The notes beneath the pieces are model-generated. The model searched no databases. It saw only the letters and a list, made by a program, of their open reading frames with translations, and was not told the origin of the DNA. A stretch of DNA of 64,000 nt from an uncultured Chloroflexia bacterium (GTDB lineage: Bacteria > Chloroflexota > Chloroflexia > Thermomicrobiales > UBA6265): contig CAVRUC010000013.1 in the NCBI GenBank assembly GCA_963724295.1, forward strand, positions 384,001-448,000. Direction: 5' to 3'. Both the position numbers and the translations under genes were made by a program. Shown piece by piece: positions 41,150 through 50,669 of the stretch (position 1 is its first letter; each line of letters opens with the position of its first letter).

Positions 41150-43945
41150 TGGGCTATCGGCTATTGGCTGTCGGCTATTCTCGTCCTTGCCGGCTAGCCG
41201 ACTGGCCGGCTCACTTCCGACCTCCGACCTCCGACTTCCGACTCCTCTCGCGCTAACCGGCAGGGCGAGGTAAAACGTCGATCCGAGTCCCAGCTCACTC
41301 TCTGCCCAGAGCCGGCCCCCGTGCAGGCTGGCGATCTCCTCGACAATGGAGAGACCGAGGCCAGTGCCCGCGATACGACCGGCTATACCGGTTTCAACCC
41401 GCTCGAAACGATCGAAGATTCGGGAAAGATCTTCCCTCGCAATACCGATCCCTTCATCGCGCACAGAGATGACGACGTCATCGCCATCGTCGCGCGTGGC
41501 GATGGTGACCGCCCCTCCCGCCGGCGAGTACTTCACGGCATTGCTGATCAGGTTGGTGATGGCCTGAGCGAGTCGGTCGGGATCGCCGTCGATCGTGCGC
41601 AGAGCGGGATCGAGGTCGAGAGGAAACCGGTGGCTGTCGGTTAGCGGACGGAATGTTGCGACCACCTCCCGTATCAGTGCGTTGACGTCGACCGGCCTCA
41701 TCTTCAGTGACATCTGACCGGCATCCACCCGGTCGACGAGCAGGATGTCATCCACCAGCCGGTTGAGCCGGCTCGCTTCACGGTGGATGATGGCCGCGTC
41801 CTCGGCGATGCCTGGATCCGAAATGCTGTTGGCCAGGAGCTCGCTGTAGCCGATGATCGCCGTCAGCGGGGTGCGGAACTCATGGCTGATCGTAGAGAGG
41901 AAGCGGGTCTTACTCTGATCGAGCCGCTCTAGCTCGGCGATGGCCGCCTGCTGCGCCTGGAGAGCGGCCTCGGAAGCCAGTTCAGCGTGCTTGCGATCAG
42001 TGATGTCTCGCAGGTTGATCAGATATCCGCAGATGCTGGGGTCCTCGAGTAGATTCATGATCGTAATCTGATACCAGCGCCAGCCGAGCTTGGCGTGCTT
42101 GATTCTGGCCTCGATTGACGTTACTGCCCGGGGCTGGCCGGCGACGGTGTCGAACAAGGCGAGCGAGCGCTCTTGATCCTCGGGATGGACGAACTGCAGG
42201 CTTGACTCGATCGGGCCGAGCAACTTCTCCGCGGGAATGCCGAATACCGGCTCCGCCGAGGGGCTCAGGTAGACCAGGCGCATCGCATCGTCGACCACGA
42301 CAATGACATCAGGGTCGTTCTGTACCAGCGCGCGGAAGCGCGCCTCGCTCTCGCGCAGCGCGGCTTCCGCTTCCCGGCGCGCGGTAATGTCCTGCACCTG
42401 TCCGACTATGGCTCGCATCGCACCCTGGTCGTCGCGAACGATGCTGGCGTGGAGCAGTGCCCAGACAACCGAGCCGTCTTTCCGCCAGTAGCGTCTTTCC
42501 ATTTGATAGGCATCGATCTCGCCTGCCCGCGCCCGTTCCAAATATCCTGTTTGCTGCGGAAGGTCGTCTGGCAACGTGATGTCATTGACATGGACGCCCG
42601 CAAGCTCCCCGGGCGCGTAGCCGAGAAGGCGTTCGAAGGCAGGGTTTGCCACCCGAATTCTGCCGTCCGGTCCGGAAAGCGCCATACCGATCCCCGCGCC
42701 TTCGAAGATCGAGCGGAACAGCGCTTCGCTCTCACGGAGGGCGGCTTCAGCTTCCTTGTGCGCGGTGATGTCCTGCAGCTGTCCAAGGTCGTAAAGGTGG
42801 CGCCCCACGTCATCGCGCACTGCCGAGACGATCAGGAGCCCGGTCACCACTGTTCCATCCGGGCGGAGGTAGCGTTTCTCGATCTCGTAGGAATCGACCT
42901 CGCCAGCGTAGAGCCGTGCATGCTGACAGGTGTAGCTCGCGACGTCATCCGGGTGGGTGAACTCGGCGAAGGTTTGCCCGACTACTGCCTCGCGCGGCCT
43001 CCCGACGATGCGGCAGTAGGCGGCGTTGACATCCAGGCAGATGTCGTCTGGAGTGCCGAGCGACATGCCGATGGCCGCGTCCTCGAACGCGCGCCGAAAG
43101 CGCTCCCGGCTGTCGCGCAGCGAGGCTTCCAGCCGCTTTCGTTCGCTGATGTCGAGCAGCGCGCCATGCCAGGCGAGAGGGTGCCCGTGCTCATCGCGCA
43201 TGAGCACCGAGCGGTTGTCCACCCAGATCCACTCGCCATTGCCGCCACGGATGCGGTACTCGAGTTGCACTGCCTCGCCAGTGTGGGTAGCGTGCTGGTC
43301 AATCTCTCGCACAGCCTCGCGATCGTCAGGGTGGATCCGCGCCAGCAGTGCGTCGAAACTGGTCGGCAGCTCGTCGCGGCTGAGCCCGGTCAGTCGCTCG
43401 AACTGGGGACTGACGTATTGGAATGCGGCGAGGCCGCCCGGCTGCAGCGTGTAGAGCGCGACCGGCAGCTGGCCGACGAGCGCCTCGATCTGCGCCTCCT
43501 GCTCACGAGCGGCAGCCTCTGCGATCTTGCGGGCGGTGACGTCCTGCACTTGCGCCAAACAGCCCACGAACTGTCCCAGCTCATCCCGCAGGGCCGATAC
43601 AGTAACGAGACCCCATAGGATCGACCCGTCTTTGTGGCGGTAGCGCTTCTCGCGCTGGTAGGTGTCCGTCTCCCCGGTCACCAGGCGCGGCCATTGGGCG
43701 GGGTCGAGCTCGGGGTCGTCGGGATGGCTGATCTGGGCAAAGCCATGCGCCAGGAACTCATCGTGTTCGTACCCGAACATCCGGGAAAAGGCGCGGTTGG
43801 CGTCAATCAGCCGGCCATCGGGCGTCCAGACAGCCATCCCGATCAAGGCATGTTGAAATGCTGCGGTGAGCGCGTCCAGCGCTGGAATCGTCCCCGTGCC
43901 GGGCGTCGTCGCATCCCCATTGCCAATCGGGGACGTGTCGGGCAT
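40874..43945 (-). CDS. Multi-PAS sensor histidine kinase
   Basis: About five PAS/PAC repeats; SHEFRTPLT, NLISNAVKY, DEGIG, GTGLGL, GSTF. The conserved part ends near 41255 and the tail reads through repeats. Confidence 0.92.
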   Translation of the reverse strand: MPDTSPIGNGDATTPGTGTIPALDALTAAFQHALIGMAVWTPDGRLIDANRAFSRMFGYEHDEFLAHGFAQISHPDDPELDPAQWPRLVTGETDTYQREKRYRHKDGSILWGLVTVSALRDELGQFVGCLAQVQDVTARKIAEAAAREQEAQIEALVGQLPVALYTLQPGGLAAFQYVSPQFERLTGLSRDELPTSFDALLARIHPDDREAVREIDQHATHTGEAVQLEYRIRGGNGEWIWVDNRSVLMRDEHGHPLAWHGALLDISERKRLEASLRDSRERFRRAFEDAAIGMSLGTPDDICLDVNAAYCRIVGRPREAVVGQTFAEFTHPDDVASYTCQHARLYAGEVDSYEIEKRYLRPDGTVVTGLLIVSAVRDDVGRHLYDLGQLQDITAHKEAEAALRESEALFRSIFEGAGIGMALSGPDGRIRVANPAFERLLGYAPGELAGVHVNDITLPDDLPQQTGYLERARAGEIDAYQMERRYWRKDGSVVWALLHASIVRDDQGAMRAIVGQVQDITARREAEAALRESEARFRALVQNDPDVIVVVDDAMRLVYLSPSAEPVFGIPAEKLLGPIESSLQFVHPEDQERSLALFDTVAGQPRAVTSIEARIKHAKLGWRWYQITIMNLLEDPSICGYLINLRDITDRKHAELASEAALQAQQAAIAELERLDQSKTRFLSTISHEFRTPLTAIIGYSELLANSISDPGIAEDAAIIHREASRLNRLVDDILLVDRVDAGQMSLKMRPVDVNALIREVVATFRPLTDSHRFPLDLDPALRTIDGDPDRLAQAITNLISNAVKYSPAGGAVTIATRDDGDDVVISVRDEGIGIAREDLSRIFDRFERVETGIAGRIAGTGLGLSIVEEIASLHGGRLWAESELGLGSTFYLALPVSARGVGSRRSEVGSEPASRLAGKDENSRQPIADSPSPDHPITLGTLVALQIVNEVLLQRVDVDNVDQAFAEVLAQVDPGLHFRDPAHPRRNGTWIDQSSLTKLRRQRPQTDLIDGQLCREVRDAAR

Positions 43946-44102
43946 GGGGCGTCTCCGCCTCCTCGTGGGTTGCAGCGCGGCAGGTTACATGGGCACCATG
44001 GTAGCTCAGGGCCTGTGGCGCCGAGCGCGCCGCCGTCCGATTCGCTCGCGTGCGTCTCGCATCATCCGCCGATCCAGGGCAGGGTGGCGAAGTGGAGTTC
44101 TT

Positions 44103-45569
44103 ATGCCTGTCGGGTCCAGCGCACCATACGATCTGATCGTCGTCGGCGCTGGCGCCGCCGGCAGTACCGCCGCGGCCGAAGCACGCGGCCAGGGCGCCCG
44201 AGTGGCGATGATTGAGCAGTGGAAAGTGGGCGGCACCTGCCTCAACGCCGGCTGCGATCCGACGAAGGCACTCGTGCGCGCCGCGCACGCGCTCCATGAG
44301 ACCCGCACCGCCGGCCGGTTCGGGATCGAGGTCGAGGACGTCCAGGTCGATTGGCCGGGGGTCATCGACCGTGTCGAGCGCGTCATCGACACGATCCGGG
44401 GTGGCGATGGTGACCGTAACATCCGGGAGGCGGGGATCGATCTGCGCAAGGGTCACGCGCGGCTCCTCTCCCCGACCGAGGTCGCGGTCGAGGGCGACGT
44501 CCTGCGAGGCGAGGCGGTGATCCTGGCCACGGGGGTGCGGGCATTCGTCCCCGCGATCCCCGGGCTGCGGGACGTGGGGTTCATGACCAACGTCGAGGCG
44601 GTCACGTTGCCAGCGCTGCCACGGTCACTCGCCATCATCGGCGGCGGCACGATCGCCATGGAGTTTGCTCAGATCTTCGCCCGGTTTGGGGTGCAGGTAA
44701 CCGTGCTGGGCAGGAACCCGCGGCTCCTGCCACTCGAGGAACCTGAGTTGGTCGACACGCTGCGCGATCTCCTGGAGCAGGAGGGGGTACGCATCGAGAC
44801 CGGCGTCACCCTGGAGTGTGTCTCCTCGGCGGGTGACCGCAAGCGGATCGTCGCGCACCGTGACGGAGCCCGGTTGGAGATCGAGACGGACGAGATCCTG
44901 GTAGCCGCCGGACGGACGCCGCAGGTGGAGGATCTCGGTCTCGAGACTGCCGGCGTGGTCTACGACGCCACCGGCATCATCGCCGACTCGACGCTGCGCA
45001 CCAGCGCGCCGGGAGTCTGGGTTGCCGGAGACTGCGTGGCTGGCTCGCCGCGGTTCACCTCGCTGGCCGATCACCAGGGCCGGGTTGCGGCACACAACGC
45101 GCTCGGCGGTCTTCCGCCGCGGGATGCGACCGAGACGGTCGTCCCGACTGCCGTCTTCACTGACCCGGAGCTGGGCCGGGTGGGGCTCACGGAAGCCGCG
45201 GCCCGCCAGGCCGGTCACGCCGTGCGCGCCGAGACGGTCCCCATGCGCGACCTGGCGCGTGCGATCATCACCGGAGAGACGGCCGGCGCTGTGAAGCTGG
45301 TCGCCGATGCCGTCACCGGGCGCATGCTGGGCGGCAGCGTGCTGGCGTCCGGGGGCGGAGAGCTGCTAGGCGAGATCGCATTGGCGGTCCGGCTGGGTCT
45401 CACCTGCCACGCCATCGCCGACACCCTCCATGCCTATCCGACCTTTTCCGAAGGGGTGTTCTGGACCGCCTGGGAACTGGCTAAGCCCGAGGACGCCGGC
45501 CACGAGGCGACGCGTGGTGTCGAGGCGCCACGCGGCGACGTGGACACGCTGGACGAGGTGATACGGTGA
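44103..45569 (+). CDS. Class I pyridine nucleotide-disulfide oxidoreductase (dihydrolipoamide dehydrogenase/MerA-like)
   Basis: GAGAAG, GGTCLNAGCDP (redox CxxxxC), GGGTIAMEFA, AGD, FTDPE, HAYPTFSE; no C-terminal CC pair. Confidence 0.9.
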   Translation: MPVGSSAPYDLIVVGAGAAGSTAAAEARGQGARVAMIEQWKVGGTCLNAGCDPTKALVRAAHALHETRTAGRFGIEVEDVQVDWPGVIDRVERVIDTIRGGDGDRNIREAGIDLRKGHARLLSPTEVAVEGDVLRGEAVILATGVRAFVPAIPGLRDVGFMTNVEAVTLPALPRSLAIIGGGTIAMEFAQIFARFGVQVTVLGRNPRLLPLEEPELVDTLRDLLEQEGVRIETGVTLECVSSAGDRKRIVAHRDGARLEIETDEILVAAGRTPQVEDLGLETAGVVYDATGIIADSTLRTSAPGVWVAGDCVAGSPRFTSLADHQGRVAAHNALGGLPPRDATETVVPTAVFTDPELGRVGLTEAAARQAGHAVRAETVPMRDLARAIITGETAGAVKLVADAVTGRMLGGSVLASGGGELLGEIALAVRLGLTCHAIADTLHAYPTFSEGVFWTAWELAKPEDAGHEATRGVEAPRGDVDTLDEVIR

Positions 45570-46318
45570 TGGGTGAGCAAGACGCGATTGGTGCACGGAC
45601 GTACAACTATGCCGAGTTCATCGGCGACGACGATTTCCTGGCCTTCCGCACGGCGTTGCCGGTCGGCAGCGCCGCGCCAGATGTGGCGGTCACCGTCGCC
45701 GCGACCGGAGAGCGAGGGCGCCTCAGTGACTATTGGCGCGAGGCAGATCTCGTGATCGAGTTCGGGTCGCTGACCTGACCGTTCTGCGCGCTGGCGGCGC
45801 CAGCGCTCGACACCCTGGCGGGGAAATACGCGACGCTCGGGATTCGGTCCGTTTTCTTCTACACCCGGGAAGCGCACCCCGGTGAGCATTTCCCGGCGCA
45901 CCGCGACGAAGAACAGAAGCTGGCGCATGCTCGCGCCTTCGTAGATCGCTTTGCCATCGAGCGGCCGGTGCTGATCGATGACCTCGCCGGGACAGGGCAC
46001 CGGCTCTACGGTTTGTTACCGAACATGACCTATCTCATCGGCCGCGGCGGGCGCGTCCTGTTCCGTGCTGACTGGACCGACCCGCCCACGATCGAGCAGG
46101 CGCTCCGGTACTTGCTCGATGCACGGGACCGCCGGCGCGAGGGACTCAGCCTCAAACCGTTCTACGCCGAATTCCTCGGCTACCGCTGGAGCAGTCAGGC
46201 GGCGTTCATGGCGGGTCTGGAGGTGGCAGGTCCGCAAGCGGTGTCTGACTTTCGTGCCGCCACGGAGCGCTGGGCCACCGGCACGCCACTGAAAGGGCGC
46301 ATCGATCCGCCCGAGTGA
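45569..46318 (+). CDS. Iodothyronine-deiodinase-like thioredoxin-fold selenoprotein (Sec at TGA 45776-45778)
   Basis: The 70-aa and 116-aa ORFs are in one frame, separated only by TGA in IEFGSLT-TGA-PFC; downstream VFLYTREAHPGE, LIDD and YG.LPN match deiodinase-family motifs. Confidence 0.85.
45788..45806 (+). promoter_or_regulatory. Candidate bacterial SECIS hairpin
   Basis: GCGCTGGC-GGC-GCCAGCGC begins after a 9-nt spacer from the TGA; G-containing apical loop. Confidence 0.6.
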
Positions 46319-46524
46319 GTCGAGGGTGACGCTGCGCTGAGGGGGTGCCGTCCGCTGCGCGGACTCAGGGGGACGAGGGGGGTCGCTTCGCTCACGGGGG
46401 ATGAGGAGAAGGACAAGAGTTCTTCTCGACTCCTCGACTCCTCGACTTCTCGACTACCGTCTTCCTGGCCGTCTGGCCGTCTGGCCGTCTGGCCGTCTCT
46501 CTGCCGTCTGGCCGTCTTGCCGTC

Positions 46525-47046
46525 TCACAACTCCCCCAGCAACCGCTCCATGATCACCACGTCCACCCAGCAGCCGTCGAGGAGTCCCTGCTCGCGGTAG
46601 ACGCCGACCTCGCGGAAGCCGAACCGCGTGTAGAGGCGCATCCCGGCCTCGTTCTGAGGGAATGCGGCCAGCACGAGTTTGTGATAGCCCAGCTCGCGAG
46701 CGCATGCGATTAACGCGCCCAGAAGCGCCTGCCCGATCCCGACGCCGCGCGCTTCCCTGCTGACATAGATAGAGAAGTCGGCGACGTGCATGTAGGCCGG
46801 CCGCGGATTGAAGACGTTGAGCGAACCCCAGCCGGCGACCGCGCCCTCCCGCTCCGCGACCAGCACCGGGTGTCGCTCGTCACGAGCCTCCAGCCAGGCC
46901 AGCCGTTCCTCCGGGGTGCGCTCCTCCGTCTCCAGCGTCGCCAGGCGGTCGCGGATGCCTTCGTTGTAGATGCGGGTGATGTCCGGGACATCCGCGGGGG
47001 TCGCGGTCCGGATGTCGACCTCGTGCGCGAGCCTGGTCTCAGTCAT
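46525..47046 (-). CDS. GNAT N-acetyltransferase (phosphinothricin/ArsN1-like)
   Basis: IYNEGI..R.ATLE, SIYV...RG.GIG..LL, N..GM.LY..FGF..VG, G.LDG.WVDV..ME. Confidence 0.85.
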   Translation of the reverse strand: MTETRLAHEVDIRTATPADVPDITRIYNEGIRDRLATLETEERTPEERLAWLEARDERHPVLVAEREGAVAGWGSLNVFNPRPAYMHVADFSIYVSREARGVGIGQALLGALIACARELGYHKLVLAAFPQNEAGMRLYTRFGFREVGVYREQGLLDGCWVDVVIMERLLGEL

Positions 47047-47301
47047 GGCCGTCAGAGCCTACCGCTCGGCGTCACCTTTGGACAACGGTCGGTTCGTTCG
47101 CCTGCGAACCCCTCTCGCAGCGCGCTGACAGCGGGGCTCTCTCGGTGGGTTGAGCCGCGTCGCTCCATGATCTGAACGCCCTATCACCCACAACCCGCGA
47201 CCTCACAAACATCACCCTGCCACGTTCTATTGACGTGGCAGGAGCGTGGAACGCGGCCCGCGCAGAGCGCCACGGACGCCGAGGAGAACGAGGAGTCAGT
47301 C

Positions 47302-47526
47302 ATGAGCAACTGGTACACGGCTGAGGTCGAGGCGGAGTTCCGGCGGCGCGAGTGGCAGCGGGCGGTAGAGGCAGAGGCACTGGCCGCGCAGGCGCGTCCG
47401 GCAAACGGGCGGATGCGGTGGCCCCGGATTCCACACCTGACACTGACGAACCTGAGGTCGCTGACCATGCCGCGGCCGAGCTTCACCGCCCGCCTGGAGC
47501 CAGACTGCCGCACCATCGTCTGTTAG
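47302..47526 (+). CDS. Small hypothetical protein
   Basis: RBS GAGGAG, ATG; E...RRREW...AEALA helix. Confidence 0.6.
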   Translation: MSNWYTAEVEAEFRRREWQRAVEAEALAAQARPANGRMRWPRIPHLTLTNLRSLTMPRPSFTARLEPDCRTIVC

Positions 47527-47589
47527 CTGACGGAAGAGCATCACGACGCCCCGGCTGCACCGGGAAGCGTGAGATTGGAGCACAGAGTT

Positions 47590-47835
47590 ATGGAAGCGGC
47601 CATTCTGTTCGTCGCCGTCGCGACGCTGATCCTGCTGGCGATCACTTCGATGCGCTACGGCGTCGATAGCCGGGAGGGCTTTGCCTCAAGGGAGCGCGGG
47701 TCGGCCTCGCCCAAAATTGTCCGGGCTGAATCGTCGGCGACGCGGCGTCGCCTGCCATTCGCCGCGCGGCGATTGAACTTCGTGCCGGGGCTTGCGGTGC
47801 CTCGCAAGTGCGTCTCTGCTTCCTGCGGAGCCTGA
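47590..47835 (+). CDS. Small membrane protein
   Basis: RBS GGAG; one TM helix then RYGVDSREG. Confidence 0.55.
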   Translation: MEAAILFVAVATLILLAITSMRYGVDSREGFASRERGSASPKIVRAESSATRRRLPFAARRLNFVPGLAVPRKCVSASCGA

Positions 47836-47978
47836 TCTCAGTCCCTACGAACGCCCTCGCTCCAATCCTTCCCCTCAACCCAGCCCCTCGCCCTGTCTCC
47901 AGGGCGAGGGGCTTTTCGTGATCGCCCATCACCCAGCACTCATCATCCGCCACCCTCGCTGGCCCGGATTGTGCGCGC

Positions 47979-48007
47979 TTGACACATCGGATCGGAGATG
48001 GTTCGAT
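47979..48007 (+). promoter_or_regulatory. Possible sigma70 promoter of the ABC operon
   Basis: TTGACA-N17-TTCGAT with TG at the extended -10 position. Confidence 0.4.
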
Positions 48008-48070
48008 CCCGTGACCGGGCGTCATCGCCTGGCATGATCCGCGGCTTGCCTTCAGACGCAAAGGAGCGAC

Positions 48071-49492
48071 ATGATGCGAGACGATCGGCTGCGAGCCTAT
48101 CTGCCCCGACGGACCGATCGGCGAACGATCCTCAAAGGCGCCGGCGCGACGCTGACGCTCGCCGCAGCGACGCCATTCTTCCAGACCGGGGCGGGAGCCG
48201 CCACGCTGCGGCAGACGCCGACGACGACCGACATCTCCGGCACCAGCCTCAGCATCCTCCTCTGGAGTCACTTCGTGCCGTTGCATGACGTCTGGTTCGA
48301 CCAGTTCGTGACCGAGTGGGGTGAGGCCAACGGCGTCACCACCCAGGTCGATCACGTCAATACGGCCGATATCCCGGCCGCCATCGCCGCGGAAATTGCA
48401 GCCGGTCAAGGGCACGACATCGTCGAGCACATCGCCTCGCTGGCCCAGTACGAGAAGAGCGTGCTGGACATGACAGACGTCGTCGAGGAGCTCAGCAATC
48501 GTCACGGCGAGCAACTGCCGATGGCGCAGCGCAACAGCTACAACCCGACCACCAATGTCTATTACGGACTCTGCCACGGCTACGCACCCGACCCGGGCAA
48601 CTACCGCCGCTCACTCTGGGAGCAAGTCGAGATGGGGGATGGCCCGTCGACGTGGGACGACTTGCTCGCGGGTGGCGCCCAGATCAAGCAGGAGCAAGGG
48701 GTCCAGATGGGCCTCGGGATGTCGAACGAGCAGGACTCCCGGATGGCGATCCAGACGCTGCTGTGGGCGTATGGCGCGGCGATCCAGGACGAGAACGAGA
48801 ACGTGGTCATCAACTCGCCGGAGACGTTAGCGGCCGTCGAGTACATGAGTGAGCTCTACCAGACGGCGATGACCCCGGAGGTCTTCGGCTGGAACGCGGC
48901 AAGTAACAACCAGCTCCTCGTCGCCGGGCGGGCCTCCTACATTCTCAACTCCATCTCCGCCTATCGCACCGCGCAGAAGGACCAGCCGGAGACAGGCGCG
49001 GACATCTTCTTCCGCACGCCACTGCTGGGGCCCGCCGGCGAAGAAGGCGCGCTCGCGCATGGGCACGCCGTCTTTATCTCGATGATCCCCAACCACTCGC
49101 AGTATCCCGACACGGCCAAGGAGTTCCTCTTCCACCTGGTCGGTAACTACGCTGCCGCCTGCGAGCAGAGCGAGCTCTACAACTTCCCGGCCTGGCCCTC
49201 GACGGTGCCCGATCTCGAAAGCTGGCTCGACAATGACCCGTACGGCTCGGAGCCGGCCGACAAGCTGACTCTGCTGAAGACCGCGAACGACTGGACGACC
49301 AACTTGGGCCACCCCGGTCCGGCCAACGCGGCAATCGGCGAGATCTTCGCCCTGCCGACCCTGCCGAACATGATGGCCCGCGCCGCCACCGGACAGCAGT
49401 CGCCCGCGGACTCGATCGCCGAAGCGGAAGCGGAGATCAACGCCATCTTCGACAAGTGGCGCGCCGAGGGGCTCATGGGCGGAGGCGCCTGA
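48071..49492 (+). CDS. Carbohydrate ABC transporter substrate-binding protein (Tat)
   Basis: DRRTILK signal, WSHFVP, TWDDL; first gene of a complete CUT1-type operon. Confidence 0.88.
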   Translation: MMRDDRLRAYLPRRTDRRTILKGAGATLTLAAATPFFQTGAGAATLRQTPTTTDISGTSLSILLWSHFVPLHDVWFDQFVTEWGEANGVTTQVDHVNTADIPAAIAAEIAAGQGHDIVEHIASLAQYEKSVLDMTDVVEELSNRHGEQLPMAQRNSYNPTTNVYYGLCHGYAPDPGNYRRSLWEQVEMGDGPSTWDDLLAGGAQIKQEQGVQMGLGMSNEQDSRMAIQTLLWAYGAAIQDENENVVINSPETLAAVEYMSELYQTAMTPEVFGWNAASNNQLLVAGRASYILNSISAYRTAQKDQPETGADIFFRTPLLGPAGEEGALAHGHAVFISMIPNHSQYPDTAKEFLFHLVGNYAAACEQSELYNFPAWPSTVPDLESWLDNDPYGSEPADKLTLLKTANDWTTNLGHPGPANAAIGEIFALPTLPNMMARAATGQQSPADSIAEAEAEINAIFDKWRAEGLMGGGA

Positions 49493-49640
49493 GTCGAGAA
49501 GGCGAGAAGTCGAGGAGTCGAGCAGAAGACAGTCGACGGGGATCGCGGGAAGTGACTGGCGCCATGAGAACGCGCGTATGTAACAAGCGATATCGTACGT
49601 CTCGACTTCTCGACTCCACGACTCCACGACTCGACTAGCC

Positions 49641-50669
49641 ATGGCTGTTGTCGAAGTCCGTGACCTGAGCAAGCGTTTCGACGGCGTCGCCGCCGTCGAC
49701 GGTATCGACCTGGCGTCCGCGGACGGGGAGTTCCTGGTGCTGCTGGGACCGTCCGGGTGCGGCAAGACGACGCTCCTGCGCATGATCGGCGGTCTGGAAC
49801 CCCCGACCAGCGGTGACGTCCTCATCGGGGGGCGGGTGGTCACCGACTTGCCGCCGCGCGCCCGCCAGATCGCGATGGTCTTCCAGAGCTACGCCCTCTA
49901 CCCGCACATGACCGTCTATAACAACATCGCCTTCCCGCTCAAGGCAGCCGGGCTGTCCAAAGCCGAGCAGGCGCGTCGGGTGGCATGGGCGGCGGGTATT
50001 CTCGGCATCGACGCCTATCTCGACCGCAAGCCGCGCCAGCTCTCCGGCGGTCAGCGGCAGCGCGTGGCGCTGGCGCGGGCCCTGGTACGGGAGCCGACCG
50101 TGTTCCTCCTCGATGAGCCGCTCTCCAACCTCGACGCGCAGCGGCGGGCATCGGCACGTGACGAGTTGCAGGGGTTCCAGCGCCGGGTGGGGACGACGAC
50201 CATCTATGTCACGCACGATCAGGTCGAGGCGATGGGGATGGGCGATCGCATCGCGGTCATGGAGCAGGGCAGGATCCGCCAGGTGGGGACCCCGCACGAG
50301 ATCTACGACGAGCCGGCCGATACCTTCGTCGCCACATTCCTCGGTTCGCCGCCGATGAACCTGATCCCGGATGCCGCCTCCGGTGAGCTGCTCGGCTTTC
50401 GCCCGGAGCATTTCATCCCGTGGCAACGGGAGATGGGAGACGACTGGATACGCTTTCCGTATCACGTCCATCGCACCGAATACCTGGGCGCGGAGCGCCT
50501 GCTTTACGGCGAGGTTGGCGCGGCAAAGGCGGTCGCGCGCTTCCCGGCGAATTCCGCCATCGACACAGAGGTCGGAAGCACGACCGAGTTCGCCGTGCGC
50601 CGCAACGACCTGAAGCGATTTCACCTGGAAACCGGACTGCGGCTGGATCGAAATGGGAGGCGGCCATGA
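49641..50669 (+). CDS. Carbohydrate ABC transporter ATP-binding protein (MalK-like)
   Basis: GPSGCGKT, VFQSYALYPH, LSGGQ, LLDEPLSNLD, VTHDQ. Confidence 0.95.
   Translation: MAVVEVRDLSKRFDGVAAVDGIDLASADGEFLVLLGPSGCGKTTLLRMIGGLEPPTSGDVLIGGRVVTDLPPRARQIAMVFQSYALYPHMTVYNNIAFPLKAAGLSKAEQARRVAWAAGILGIDAYLDRKPRQLSGGQRQRVALARALVREPTVFLLDEPLSNLDAQRRASARDELQGFQRRVGTTTIYVTHDQVEAMGMGDRIAVMEQGRIRQVGTPHEIYDEPADTFVATFLGSPPMNLIPDAASGELLGFRPEHFIPWQREMGDDWIRFPYHVHRTEYLGAERLLYGEVGAAKAVARFPANSAIDTEVGSTTEFAVRRNDLKRFHLETGLRLDRNGRRP

Noticed and set aside
44103..45569. Mercuric reductase merA
   Set aside because: No C-terminal Cys-Cys pair, no N-terminal metal-binding domain, and no other mer genes.
47995..48015. 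tRNA T-arm-like GGTTCGATCCC
   Set aside because: No cloverleaf or acceptor stem can be built; it fits better as part of a promoter.
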